From positions 1 to 57,799 of the forward strand of contig JBGAIQ010000034.1 of NCBI GenBank assembly GCA_044225365.1: a stretch of DNA of 57,799 nt, in the 5' to 3' direction. Shown here one piece after another: positions 35,818 to 45,781 of the stretch. The position numbers and the translations under genes are program-made. Below the pieces are notes generated by a model, which was not told where the DNA came from, ran no database searches, and saw nothing but the letters and a program-made list of their open reading frames with translations. Numbering within the stretch: position 1 is the stretch's first letter; the number at the start of each line of letters is the position of its first letter. The DNA is from Planctomycetota bacterium. GTDB lineage: Bacteria; Planctomycetota; B15-G4; JADJEK01.

Positions 35818-36698
35818 CAGCTCCCGTGGTTCTCGACGAGACCCGGCCAGTTCTGCTCGGCCTTCACGTAGTTCGTCTTTGCATCCTCGTTGAACAGCTT
35901 GTAAGCCTCCGTCGTGTGCTGGAGGACGAGACGGTCGTTGATGATCTGGAACAGGTTGACGTCGACGGGCGAGACCTTGTTGATCGAGGCCGCGTAGCCG
36001 CAGAACCCGCCGAATGCCGGGGCGTATTTATTGGGATTGCTCTCGAACGTGGCGCGATTCTCCTTCGAGACGAAGTAATAAATGGCACCGTTGTAGATCG
36101 CCTGATTCATGGGATCGCCCTTCGCCGGCTTGCCGAGCGTGAAGTACGCGACGGGATCGTGGCCTTCGAGCGCGACGCCCATCTTGTCGACGTTGACGAG
36201 GACCTTCTCCGGTTGCGCGTTCTCCTTCACGAGGCCCGGCCAGTTGACGTCGGCCTTCGCGAGGTTGCCCTTCACGTCCTCGTTCCACAGCTTCCACGCC
36301 TTCTCGTTGTGCTGGAGCACGAGGCGGCCATCGAGGATCTGGAAGAAGTGCGGATCGATCGGCGACAGGCGGTCGATCGAGACCGCGTAGCCGCACCACC
36401 CGCCGAACGCCGGGGCGTACTTCTCCGGCATCGCGTCGAACGCGTTCTTGTGGTCGAGCGACGCGAATTGATACCACGCGCCCTGATACTTCGAGCGAAT
36501 CTCCGTCGTCCCCTCGATGGGTTTACCATCGGTGAAGTAAGCGACAGGATCGTAGCCAGAGAGCGCGAGACCGTCCGAATCACGATTGACGAGGAACTTC
36601 GGCTCGTGAGAGCGATCGACCGGCGTCTCGTACTTCGTGGCGCAGGCGGAGAGGGAAAGAGCGAGGATGGAAAGGGCGACGGGGAAGAACTTGTTCAT
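35817..36698 (-). CDS. Lipoprotein with two tandem YHS-like domains
   Basis: Lipobox LSAC; G(Y/H)DPVAYFT..KYAPAFGG(W/F)CGYA..NWPGLV occurs twice. Confidence 0.85.
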   Translation of the reverse strand: MNKFFPVALSILALSLSACATKYETPVDRSHEPKFLVNRDSDGLALSGYDPVAYFTDGKPIEGTTEIRSKYQGAWYQFASLDHKNAFDAMPEKYAPAFGGWCGYAVSIDRLSPIDPHFFQILDGRLVLQHNEKAWKLWNEDVKGNLAKADVNWPGLVKENAQPEKVLVNVDKMGVALEGHDPVAYFTLGKPAKGDPMNQAIYNGAIYYFVSKENRATFESNPNKYAPAFGGFCGYAASINKVSPVDVNLFQIINDRLVLQHTTEAYKLFNEDAKTNYVKAEQNWPGLVENHGS

Positions 36699-36739
36699 AT
36701 GGATCTCCGTTGGGAAATGGGGGACATCGAGAAAAGAAA

Positions 36740-37252
36740 TCACTGACCTGCCGAACACGCTTGGGTGAGGGCTGCGGCGCCGACCGCGGCGAGCTCTTCG
36801 TCCTGATCGGCGCTCATCGCGCCCGAGACACCGATGCCGCCGACGACGACGTCGCCGACCTTCAGCGGAATGCCGCCCTTGAGTGGCGTGAACGCGGTGA
36901 CGCCGTCGACCGCGAGCATCGCGGTCCGGCCGTTCTTGATGATGTCCTCGAAGTTCGCGGTCGGTTTCTCGAAGAGCGCCGCGGTGCGCGCCTTCCCGAT
37001 CGCGACGTCCGAGCTCGCGGGGAAGCTGCCATCGACGCGAAAGAACGCGACGAGCTGGCCGCCGGCATCGACGACGGCGATCGAGCCCGTCGTGTGGAGC
37101 GACGTGGCTTTTTCATAAGCCGCGTCGAGCGCGACCTTCGCGCCGTCGAGAGTGAGAGTCGGCTTCTGCTTCACGAGGGGGTTCGTGAAGACCGTGGAAA
37201 GGACGAGGACGGAAGCGAGCGCCTTGGCGCTCACGGTAAGAAACGTCGACAT
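36740..37252 (-). CDS. GlcG/HbpS-family heme-binding protein
   Basis: IAVVDAGGQLVAFFRVDG, AIGKARTAALF and GGIPL..VGGIGVSGA. Confidence 0.88.
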   Translation of the reverse strand: MSTFLTVSAKALASVLVLSTVFTNPLVKQKPTLTLDGAKVALDAAYEKATSLHTTGSIAVVDAGGQLVAFFRVDGSFPASSDVAIGKARTAALFEKPTANFEDIIKNGRTAMLAVDGVTAFTPLKGGIPLKVGDVVVGGIGVSGAMSADQDEELAAVGAAALTQACSAGQ

Positions 37253-37269
37253 GGGGTTTTCCTGAATGC

Positions 37270-37317
37270 GTAGGGGCACACGGCTGTGTGCCCGTGTTCC
37301 AAGGGAATCGCCCCTAC
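37270..37317. repeat. REP-like palindrome (GTAG type) with truncated inverted partner
   Basis: GTAGGGGCACACGGCTGTGTGCCC (37270-37293) and GCCCCTAC (37310-37317); same family as the copy at 45619. Confidence 0.7.
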
Positions 37318-37414
37318 GATGCCCGGCCCACTGCGCGGTTTCCGCGAACGACGAAACTGCGCACGCCATGCGTCATCGAATCCCCATGCTCGCAGCATCG
37401 CGAGCGCGGAGGCC

Positions 37415-38443
37415 ATGAACATGACGCGGACGATCGTGCTCGAAGTTCTCTATCCCGTAGCCAAGGGCTCGATCGTCCTGCGGACGGATCTCGACTGGGA
37501 GCGCGATCTCCTGCCCGTGCATCGCGACGGCGATCTTCACCGCTTCGAGTTCGAGGCGACGGCGCCCTTCCATTACTACAAGCCACTGCTTCGCGATGAC
37601 GGCGGCGTGCGCTGGGCGCGCGGCGAGAACTATCTGATCGCGCGCGGCGAGAGTGGTCGCGTCGTCTATCCGCACTTCGACGACGCCCAGCCATGCGGCG
37701 AATGCGTGCTCAAGCACTTGCCCTCCTCGCTCGCAGCCGCTGGCGTACGCATCCGAGTCTTCGAGCCGCGCGGATATCGCGAGAATCCGCTCGTGCGCTA
37801 CCCCGTCCTCTACATGCAGGACGGGCAGAACCTGTTCTTCGATCACGAGGCGTTCCAGGGTCGCAGTTGGCGAGTGCAGGACGCGATCGAGTCGCTCACG
37901 GGCATGAGCCTGATCGAACCGGCGATCGTCGTCGGTGTGTATCCCGACGATCGAATGCGCCAATACGTGAATCCCGGCTACGGCGATTACGGTCGCGTGC
38001 TCACGGAAGAGCTCGTCCCATTCATCGATTCGAATTATCGAACGAAGACGGGACCTTTGAACACGAGCGTGATCGGCTCCTCGCTCGGCGGGGTCGTTTC
38101 GTTCTACCTCGCATGGCAATTCCCGGAAGTGTTCGGCGCCGCGGCGTGCCTTTCGAGCACCTTCGGCCACGAGAACGACTTGATGGAGCGCGTCGCGCGG
38201 GAGACGAAGCGCGACGCTCGCTTCTATCTCGATTCGGGATGGCCGCACGACAACTACGAAGTCACGCTCGCGATGCGCAACGAGCTGATGAAGCGCGGCT
38301 ACGTCGCCGGTCTCGACCTCCTCCACTTCGCATTTCCCGGCGCGCGGCATGACGAACAGGCTTGGAGTTCGCGGCTCCACCTGCCCCTCCAGTTCCTCCT
38401 GTCGCGTCGTCCTGCGGATTCCTCGTTACCGAAAGTTGCGTGA
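37415..38443 (+). CDS. Alpha/beta-hydrolase esterase (IroE/Fes-like)
   Basis: YPVLYMQDGQNLF, nucleophile GSSLGG and HDEQAWSSRL; GGAGG RBS. Confidence 0.85.
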   Translation: MNMTRTIVLEVLYPVAKGSIVLRTDLDWERDLLPVHRDGDLHRFEFEATAPFHYYKPLLRDDGGVRWARGENYLIARGESGRVVYPHFDDAQPCGECVLKHLPSSLAAAGVRIRVFEPRGYRENPLVRYPVLYMQDGQNLFFDHEAFQGRSWRVQDAIESLTGMSLIEPAIVVGVYPDDRMRQYVNPGYGDYGRVLTEELVPFIDSNYRTKTGPLNTSVIGSSLGGVVSFYLAWQFPEVFGAAACLSSTFGHENDLMERVARETKRDARFYLDSGWPHDNYEVTLAMRNELMKRGYVAGLDLLHFAFPGARHDEQAWSSRLHLPLQFLLSRRPADSSLPKVA

Positions 38444-38521
38444 ACCATCGGACTCGAGTCGGCGCGATTGCGCCTTACGGATTGGATACACCGTCACGCG
38501 AAGCAGAACAGGAACGAATCC

Positions 38522-39631
38522 ATGAAGGCCATCGCCGTCACCCCCGCGAAGAAGACCGTGAACCTCGTCGAGAGAACGATCCCGGCGATCGTGAATCCGA
38601 ACGACGTGCTGCTTCGCATCAAGAACGTCGGAGTGTGCGGAACCGACCGCGAGATCTGTCAGTTCGACTACGGAACTCCACCCTCCGACGAATCGCAGCT
38701 CGTCATCGGCCACGAGGCCGTGGGCGAAGTGGTCGCGGTCGGCAAGAACGTGCGACGCGTTCGGAAGGGCGACATCGTCGTCCCGATGGTCCGGAGGCCG
38801 TGTAAGCACGCTCATTGCGTTCCCTGCCAATCGGGCCGCCAGGACTTCTGCGTGACGGGCGAATTCACGGAGCGCGGCATCAGCGGCGCGCACGGCTTCA
38901 TGACCGAGTTCATCGTCGAGGACGAGAGCTATCTTCGCCTCGTGCCGAGCGAGCTTTTGGAGGTCGCGGTCCTCGTCGAGCCGCTCACGATCGCCGAGAA
39001 GGCGCTGATCCAGCTCCATCATCTCCAGATGCGATTGCCGTGGTCCTGCCAGGTCGGCGGCAACGACGGCCGTCACTACTGTCACACCGCGCTCGTCCTC
39101 GGCGCCGGCCCCGTGGGCCTGCTCGGCGCGATGGCGTTCATGGTCGCCGGTTATCGCACGCTCGTCTACTCGAAGGAGAGCCACTCGAGCGAGAAGGCGA
39201 AGATCGTGAATGCGATCGGGGCCACCTACGTGTGCGCCGACGACATCGCTCCGGGCGCGCTCGCTGCGGAGTACGGGATGATCGACGTGATCTACGAGGC
39301 CGTGGGCGCATCGACCCTCGCCTTCAAGGCGATCGACAGCCTCGGCACGAACGGCGTCTTCATCTTCACCGGTGTGCCGGGTCGCAAGGCGCCGATCGAG
39401 GTCGACACCGACCGCCTGATGCGCAATCTCGTGCTCAAGAACCAGGTGATGCTCGGCACGGTCAACGCGGACAAGGATGCGTTCGACGCCGCCGTCCGCG
39501 ACCTCGGCAACTTCATGGAACGTTGGCCGGAGACCGTGAAGAAGCTGATCACGCGCCACGACATCGCTTCCTACGAAAGCCTGCTCCTCCACGGCGCGGC
39601 GGGCATCAAGAACGTCATCGCGTTCGAGTGA
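38522..39631 (+). CDS. Zn-dependent glucose 1-dehydrogenase (MDR family)
   Basis: GVCGTDREI, IGHEAVGEV, VVPMVRRPC..C..C..C, GAGPVGLL and LGTVNA. Confidence 0.85.
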   Translation: MKAIAVTPAKKTVNLVERTIPAIVNPNDVLLRIKNVGVCGTDREICQFDYGTPPSDESQLVIGHEAVGEVVAVGKNVRRVRKGDIVVPMVRRPCKHAHCVPCQSGRQDFCVTGEFTERGISGAHGFMTEFIVEDESYLRLVPSELLEVAVLVEPLTIAEKALIQLHHLQMRLPWSCQVGGNDGRHYCHTALVLGAGPVGLLGAMAFMVAGYRTLVYSKESHSSEKAKIVNAIGATYVCADDIAPGALAAEYGMIDVIYEAVGASTLAFKAIDSLGTNGVFIFTGVPGRKAPIEVDTDRLMRNLVLKNQVMLGTVNADKDAFDAAVRDLGNFMERWPETVKKLITRHDIASYESLLLHGAAGIKNVIAFE

Positions 39632-39642
39632 GGGAGGACATC

Positions 39643-39939
39643 GTGAAGCTCCATCCTTCCAGCTCCAAGGAATGGCTCCTCGAACGAGCCGTCCACCTCG
39701 ACTCCAGCGGGATCGTCGATCTCGTCCGCCGACGCAGCCAGTTGCTCCTGTTCGCCTCCGCGATGCGCAAGGAGCAGTCGCGATTCGGCGCGAAGCCCTA
39801 CGAAGGCGACCCGGCTCAGCGCGCCGCGGAGAGCGCTCGCGACGAGTTGCTCGCGGCGTGGGCGATCGCGGAGTCGACCCGGCGACGGAACGACGGGATC
39901 ACGGCGCTCGACGTTCACATCGTGGGCGCGTCGCAATGA
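39643..39939 (+). CDS. Hypothetical protein (98 aa)
   Basis: GGAGGA RBS, GTG start, fills the operon gap, ATGA overlap with the aquaporin. Confidence 0.5.
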   Translation: MKLHPSSSKEWLLERAVHLDSSGIVDLVRRRSQLLLFASAMRKEQSRFGAKPYEGDPAQRAAESARDELLAAWAIAESTRRRNDGITALDVHIVGASQ

Positions 39940-40748
39940 AAGCGCTCGCGACGATTCGCGCGCACTGGCCGGAGTACGCCATCGAGGCCGCGTGCATCGG
40001 CCTGTTCATGGTGAGCGCCGTCACCTTTTCGGTGGTGCTCTTCCACGATGCGTCGCCGATCGCTCGCTCGCTCGAGGACCCGTTCATGAGACGCGCGGCG
40101 ATGGGCGCGCTGATGGCGCTCACCGCAATCGCATTGATCTACTCGCCGTTCGGAAAACGATCGGGCGCGCACATGAACCCTTCGGTGACGCTCACCTTCT
40201 GGCGCCTCGAGAAGATCTCCTCGATCGATGCGCTCGGCTACGTGCTCTCGCAGATCGTGGGCGCGATCCTGGGAGTGCTCCTGACTCGCGCCGTCCTCGG
40301 CGCCCTCGTCGTTGGAAGGCCCGTCGATCACGCGATGACGCGACCGGGCGATAGCGGCGTCGCAGTCGCCTTCATCGCGGAGGTCGCGATCTCGTTCTTA
40401 CTCATGGCGACCGTTCTCTACGCCTCGAACCACGTGCGCCTGCAGACGAAGACGGGCGCCCTCGCGGCGACTCTCGTCTTCCTCTACATCACGTTCGAAG
40501 CGCCGCTCTCCGGCATGAGCATGAACCCCGCGCGCTCGCTCGGCTCCGCACTCGTCGCGGGCGATCTCACCGATCTGTGGATCTACTTCGTCGCGCCGCC
40601 GCTCGGGATGCTCCTCGCCGGCGAAGCGATGCTGCGACTGCTTCCCAAGGGCGCGATCCTCTGCGCCAAACTCCATCATAAGAACCGCGAACGCTGCATC
40701 TTCCTCTGTCGGTTCGACGCGACGAAGCTGCTCGGGAGCGTGAGGTGA
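39936..40748 (+). CDS. MIP/aquaporin-family channel with Cys/His-rich C-terminal tail
   Basis: SGAHMNPSVT and SMNPARSLG; tail CAKLHHKNRERCIFLC. Confidence 0.9.
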   Translation: MKALATIRAHWPEYAIEAACIGLFMVSAVTFSVVLFHDASPIARSLEDPFMRRAAMGALMALTAIALIYSPFGKRSGAHMNPSVTLTFWRLEKISSIDALGYVLSQIVGAILGVLLTRAVLGALVVGRPVDHAMTRPGDSGVAVAFIAEVAISFLLMATVLYASNHVRLQTKTGALAATLVFLYITFEAPLSGMSMNPARSLGSALVAGDLTDLWIYFVAPPLGMLLAGEAMLRLLPKGAILCAKLHHKNRERCIFLCRFDATKLLGSVR

Positions 40749-40752
40749 AACC

Positions 40753-41781
40753 ATGAAGGCTCTCCATTCGTCGCTCCTCTTGCTCGTCCTCGGATCCTTC
40801 TCGCTCGCGGCGCATGCCGACGACGTGAAGAAGCCGCCGCCCATCGACGCGGTGCTTGGCGTCGCGATCACGGTGTCGGACCTCGACCGCGCCGTCGAGT
40901 TCTACACCAAGGTCCTGCCCTTCGAGATCGAAGCGATCGAGGAGCGCTCGGGCGAAGCGATCGAGCATCTCGTCGGCGTCTTCGGTGCGCGGATGCGCGT
41001 GGCGAAGCTGCGCCTCGGCAAGGAGGTCGTCGAGCTCGACGACTACATCGCCGCGGAGGGCAGGCCGTTTCCGCCGGAGTCGAAGGGAAACGACCTCTGG
41101 TTCCAGCACATCGCGATCGTCGTCTCCGACATGCAGAAGGCTTACGCGATCCTCGAAGCCCATCACGTGGTACACGCTTCGACTGCGCCGCAGCGCCTTC
41201 CCGACTGGAACCAGAATGCCGCCGGCATCGAGGCTTATTATTTTCGCGATCCCGATTCGCATTGGCTCGAGCTCATTCATTTCCCGAGCGGCAAGGGCGA
41301 TCCTCGCTGGCAGAAGGAAACGGACGCGGTGTTCCTCGGCATCGATCACACGGCGATCGTCGTCGACGACACGGAGAAAGCGCTCGCGTTCTGGCGCGAC
41401 CAGCTCGGCCTACGCGTCCTGGGCGGGAGCGAGAATTACGGAGTGGAGCAGGAGCACTTGAACGGCGTGTTCAACGCTCACCTGAAGATCACGACTCTGC
41501 ACGCGAGGGCCGGCATCGGCGTCGAGTTGCTCGATTACCTGAGCCCCGCCGACGGCCTGCGAACGCCTCTCGACGTGCGCGCGTCCGATCTGCAGCACTG
41601 GTGGACGATGCTCGAGACCGAATCGCCCGAGGCGATCGTCGAGGTGACGCGAGCGAACTCGCCGCGCTGGGTGTCGCCGGGCGTCGTCACGCTCGAGGCG
41701 GGAGGGTCGAAGAGCCCGCGCAGCGCCATCGCGCTGCGTGATCCGGATGGCCACGGAGTTCTCGCCGAGTCCGTGAGGTAG
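40753..41781 (+). CDS. Exported two-domain VOC/glyoxalase-family protein
   Basis: Signal peptide; ITVSDLDRAVEFY, FQHIAIVVSD, YFRDPDSHWLELI, GIDHTAIVV and RDPDGH. Confidence 0.85.
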   Translation: MKALHSSLLLLVLGSFSLAAHADDVKKPPPIDAVLGVAITVSDLDRAVEFYTKVLPFEIEAIEERSGEAIEHLVGVFGARMRVAKLRLGKEVVELDDYIAAEGRPFPPESKGNDLWFQHIAIVVSDMQKAYAILEAHHVVHASTAPQRLPDWNQNAAGIEAYYFRDPDSHWLELIHFPSGKGDPRWQKETDAVFLGIDHTAIVVDDTEKALAFWRDQLGLRVLGGSENYGVEQEHLNGVFNAHLKITTLHARAGIGVELLDYLSPADGLRTPLDVRASDLQHWWTMLETESPEAIVEVTRANSPRWVSPGVVTLEAGGSKSPRSAIALRDPDGHGVLAESVR

Positions 41782-41844
41782 GATTTCGCGACGATTCGGG
41801 GTCGACGACTCCGGCGCACGAAAGGTCCCATCTCAGGAATCGCG

Positions 41845-43911
41845 ATGGCGTCGAGGATCAGCACGCCCACGACGAGTGAGTCACGTGAATCGCCACGTCG
41901 AGATCGCTGCGTTGCGTGGATGCTCGCGGTCGTCGCGCTCGTCGTGCTGGCGTACTCGAACAGTCTTCGCGGTCCCTTCGTGTTCGACGACCTTCCGTCG
42001 ATCGCGGAGAACGAGTCGATCCGGCACCTGTCGCCGCCCGACTGGATGCGTCCGCCGGGATCGCGCGGTGAAACGGTCGGCGGTCGGCCCCTTCTCAATC
42101 TGACGTTCGCGATCGACCATGCGATCGGGGGACTCGACGTCGCTTCCTATCACCGGACGAATCTCCTGATCCACGCGCTCGCTGCGCTCGTCGCTTTTCT
42201 GCTGGTTCGCCGCGTCGTGGTCATCCAGACGGTCTCGATCCGCCTACGCGGTGCCGCGAATCCGCTCGCGGCGGCGACCGCGATGCTCTTCGCGTTGCAT
42301 CCGATGCAGACGGCGGCGGTGACGTACGTCGTGCAGCGCGCCGAATCCCTCGCCGGACTCTTCTATCTGGTGACCTTGTACGCCTACGTGCGGTCGACGG
42401 AGTCGGAGCACCCGCGGCGCTACGCTTTCGCCGCGGTGATCGCGTGCTTCCTCGGAGTGCTCACGAAGGAGACGGCCGCCACGGCGCCGATCGTCGCGCT
42501 GCTGCTCGATGTCGTATTCCTCGCGGGCTCGCTGCGCGGGGCGCTCATCGAACGTGGGAGGTTGCTCCTCCTTCTCGCTTCGAGCTGGATCGTCCTCGGA
42601 GCACTCGTCCACGCGAACTCCGGCCGCGGCGGATCCGCAGGCTTCTCGGCCGACGTCTCGCCGCTCGCGTACTTCTGGACGCAGTGTGGAGGAATCGTCT
42701 CGTACCTCCTCGCGATCGTTCTGCCGAGTCGTCTCGTGTTCGATCACGGTAAGGACTTGGCGAACGGGCCGCTCGCGGTCCTGCCCGAGATCGGATTCGT
42801 CGCGATCGTTCTCGGGGCTTCGCTCTTCCTCCTGATGAAGAAGCGCGGCGCGGCTAGGGCGTGCGGGTTCCTCGGTGTCATGTTCTTCGTCGCCCTCGCG
42901 CCGAGCTCGTCGATCGTTCCGGTCGCCACGCAAACGCTCGCCGAGCACCGCATGTATCTCGCGATCCTTCCGCTCGCCGCGGGAACAGCGCTCGCGTTGA
43001 ACCAGTTCCTGAATCGCGTGGGCATCGGCATCGCGATGATCGTCGCGATCGCGCTTGGGGGCGCGACATGGAGTCGAAACGAGACCTATCGCTCCGAATT
43101 GGCGCTGTGGCAGGACACCATTTCGAAGCGACCGACGAACGCGCGGGCCCACAACAACGCCGGGCGCGTCCTGCTGGAGCAGGGGCGACCGGACCTCGCG
43201 GTCGTGGAGCTGCGGAAGGCGCTCGAGCTCGAGCCCGACTTGCTATCGGCGCAGAGTAATTTCGGCAACGCGTTACGAGCGGTAGGCAAGGCGGAGGAAG
43301 CGGTGAAGCTCCTCGATCCGTGGGTCCTCGCGCATCCGACGTACGTACCGAATCGGCTCGCGCTCGGGAACGCGCTCGCCGTGCTGCATCAGCTCGATGC
43401 AGCGATCGCGGAGTATCGCGAGGCGCGCAAACTCGATCCCGCGGCGGTTGACGTCCGCACGAATCTCGCCGCGCTTCTCATCGAGAAGGGCAGCGTCGAA
43501 GAGGCGATCGCGTTGTTGAAGGAAGTCGTCGCGCAGAACCCTTCGATCGCCGAAGTGCGTTTCCATCTCGGGCGAGCGTTGCTCGCTACGGGGCAGATCG
43601 CCGGAGGCTTCGAAGAACTGCAGCAGGCAGCGAGGCTACGGCCCGGTCTGCCGAACGTTCACCTCGCAATCGGCGAAGCGTGCGAGCGGAAGCAGGATCT
43701 CGAAGGGGCGATCGCGGAGTACCGACGCGAGCTGGCGATCGTCTCGGGATCGGTTCCTGTACGCAACAGCCTCGCGAATGCGCTCGTGCGCGCGGGGCGC
43801 TACAGCGAAGCGATTCACGAGTACGAGGCGGCGTTGCGCATCGAGCCGGGAAACGCCGCCGTTTCGCAGAATCTGGAGAAGGCGCGCCAGCTCGCCGCGC
43901 GGCCGCGTTGA
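41845..43911 (+). CDS. TMTC-like membrane protein (GT-C O-mannosyltransferase-like) with TPR repeats
   Basis: FVFDD, RPLLNLTFA, LFALHP.QT.AV.YVVQR, TKE and EHRMYL, followed by multiple TPRs. Confidence 0.82.
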   Translation: MASRISTPTTSESRESPRRDRCVAWMLAVVALVVLAYSNSLRGPFVFDDLPSIAENESIRHLSPPDWMRPPGSRGETVGGRPLLNLTFAIDHAIGGLDVASYHRTNLLIHALAALVAFLLVRRVVVIQTVSIRLRGAANPLAAATAMLFALHPMQTAAVTYVVQRAESLAGLFYLVTLYAYVRSTESEHPRRYAFAAVIACFLGVLTKETAATAPIVALLLDVVFLAGSLRGALIERGRLLLLLASSWIVLGALVHANSGRGGSAGFSADVSPLAYFWTQCGGIVSYLLAIVLPSRLVFDHGKDLANGPLAVLPEIGFVAIVLGASLFLLMKKRGAARACGFLGVMFFVALAPSSSIVPVATQTLAEHRMYLAILPLAAGTALALNQFLNRVGIGIAMIVAIALGGATWSRNETYRSELALWQDTISKRPTNARAHNNAGRVLLEQGRPDLAVVELRKALELEPDLLSAQSNFGNALRAVGKAEEAVKLLDPWVLAHPTYVPNRLALGNALAVLHQLDAAIAEYREARKLDPAAVDVRTNLAALLIEKGSVEEAIALLKEVVAQNPSIAEVRFHLGRALLATGQIAGGFEELQQAARLRPGLPNVHLAIGEACERKQDLEGAIAEYRRELAIVSGSVPVRNSLANALVRAGRYSEAIHEYEAALRIEPGNAAVSQNLEKARQLAARPR

Positions 43912-43925
43912 ACCGGCAGCGTCGA

Positions 43926-44165
43926 TCAAGTCTTCGCGAACCAGGACATCAGCTCGTCCTTGCGGAAGCCGATCATCACCTTGTCGCCATACTTGATGGT
44001 GGGCGTGCTTCGCGATCCGATCGCGATCAGTTCGTCGATGGCCTGCGGATCCTCCGTGACGTCCTTCGCGACGTAGGGGATTCCGGCCCGATCGAGGAAT
44101 TCCTTCGCGGCGGTGCACGGCGGGCAACCAGGCTGGCTGTAGACGATCAATTCGGGTTGGGTCAT
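43926..44165 (-). CDS. Glutaredoxin (NrdH-like)
   Basis: VYSQPGCPPCTAAKEFL, cis-Pro STP and IGF. Confidence 0.85.
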   Translation of the reverse strand: MTQPELIVYSQPGCPPCTAAKEFLDRAGIPYVAKDVTEDPQAIDELIAIGSRSTPTIKYGDKVMIGFRKDELMSWFAKT

Positions 44166-44367
44166 AACGGCCTCATTTCACGGAATGTCATGATGACTCG
44201 GATCGAAGTCGCGGTGATCCGCACTTGCGGTGCCGAGCGGAGCGAAGGGGTCGCAAGTCCCGACGAATAAGGGGCTCGGCATCGCAAGAGGCGCAGCATA
44301 GCCCGGATCAAGGGCGATGCCAACGTGACGCACGGCGCACCCCGTCGCTTTGGTACTGTTCTCCGCC

Positions 44368-45591
44368 ATGAGCTTCGTCACTCACCTCGAAGGCGCGATC
44401 GATGGCGCGCACCTCCCCGCCCGCACTCTGCAATCGACTCACGAGGGGCGGCCCATCGTCGTCCGCTACGACCTCGAGAAGATCAAGCGCGCGATCGACC
44501 GGGATGCGCTCGCGGCGCGTGCGAGTGGGATGTGGCGTTATCGCGAATTGCTTCCGCTCGCGGAAACCGATGAGCGCGTGAGCCTCGGAGAGGCGGAGAC
44601 GCCGCTTCTCGACTGCCCGCGCCTGGCGGCGGCGATGGGGGTCGAACGACTCCTCGTGAAGGACGAATCACACCTCCCGACGGGCTCGTTCAAGTCGCGA
44701 GGGATGGCGGTCGCGATCAGCATGGCGAAAGCCCTCGGCGTGAAAGCGGTCGCGGCGCCCACGGCAGGCAATGCCGGCGGCGCGATGGCGGCGTACGCGG
44801 CGCGGGCGGGATTGCGTTCGTACGTCTTCATGCCCGAGGACACGCCCATCGTGAATCGCTACGAAGCGAGCCTCTACGGCGCGAAGGCATTCCTCGTCGA
44901 CGGGCTCATCCATCATTGCGGCGCGATCGTCGGCGAAGGCAAACAGCGAGTCGGCTGGTTCGACATGTCGACGTTGAAGGAGCCGTATCGCCTCGAAGGC
45001 AAGAAGACGATGGGGCTCGAGCTCGCGCAGCAGATGAACTGGTCGCTACCCGACGTCATCTTGTATCCCACGGGCGGCGGTACTGGACTCATCGGGATGT
45101 GGAAGGCGTTCGACGAACTCACTGCGCTGGGATGGATGAACACGTCGGCGCGACCGCGGATGGTCGTCTGTCAGTCTTCGGGCTGCGCGCCGATCGTCCG
45201 CGCCTTCGAGAAGGGCGAGCGATTCGCTTCCGAATTCGAGAACGCCGCGACGATCGCATCCGGGCTTCGAGTGCCCAAGGCGGTCGGTGACTTCATGATC
45301 CTCGACGCGGTGAAGCAGAGCGGCGGCTTCGCGCGCGCGGCCGAAGAGTCGAGGATCCTGGACGACATGGCGCTGGCTAGCGCTTGCGAGGGCATCGCAT
45401 TGTGTCCGGAATCGGCGGCGTGCCTCGGCGTGCTGCGAACGGCGCTCGCCGACGGCTCCATCCGGAGGGACGAGTCGATCATCCTGTTCAATACGGGGGC
45501 GGTGCAGAAATACGTCGAGGCGATGACGCGGGAGCTCCCGCGGATCCGGCGCGCCGCGGTCGATTGGGAGTTGGTGGGGGCGCCGGGCTGA
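44368..45591 (+). CDS. thrC: Threonine synthase
   Basis: MWRYRELLP, PLP lysine PTGSFKSRG, TAGNAG, EGKKTMGLE and YPTGGGTG. Confidence 0.88.
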   Translation: MSFVTHLEGAIDGAHLPARTLQSTHEGRPIVVRYDLEKIKRAIDRDALAARASGMWRYRELLPLAETDERVSLGEAETPLLDCPRLAAAMGVERLLVKDESHLPTGSFKSRGMAVAISMAKALGVKAVAAPTAGNAGGAMAAYAARAGLRSYVFMPEDTPIVNRYEASLYGAKAFLVDGLIHHCGAIVGEGKQRVGWFDMSTLKEPYRLEGKKTMGLELAQQMNWSLPDVILYPTGGGTGLIGMWKAFDELTALGWMNTSARPRMVVCQSSGCAPIVRAFEKGERFASEFENAATIASGLRVPKAVGDFMILDAVKQSGGFARAAEESRILDDMALASACEGIALCPESAACLGVLRTALADGSIRRDESIILFNTGAVQKYVEAMTRELPRIRRAAVDWELVGAPG

Positions 45592-45618
45592 GCGCTCGAT
45601 CGTCGAGGCGTTTTGCCC

Positions 45619-45695
45619 GTAGGGGCGCACGGCTGTGCGCCCGATTCGTCGCAAACCGAAAATGCAACGCCGGGCAGACAGCCGTCTGCCCCTAC
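45619..45695. repeat. Inverted REP-like pair (BIME/REPIN-like)
   Basis: GTAGGGGCGCACGGCTGTGCGCCC (45619-45642) and inverted GGGCAGACAGCCGTCTGCCCCTAC (45672-45695). Confidence 0.8.
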
Positions 45696-45781
45696 GAGAT
45701 TCTTGCTCGACACCGGAACGCCGCTCGCGCATCGAACGTACGTCACCCCCAGGTTCACCCTCATCGGGACGAAGCAAGATC

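Noticed and set aside
35817-36698. Selenocysteine recoding in the YHS protein or the glutaredoxin at 43926
   Set aside because: Both ORFs are open with ordinary Cys codons and no in-frame TGA.
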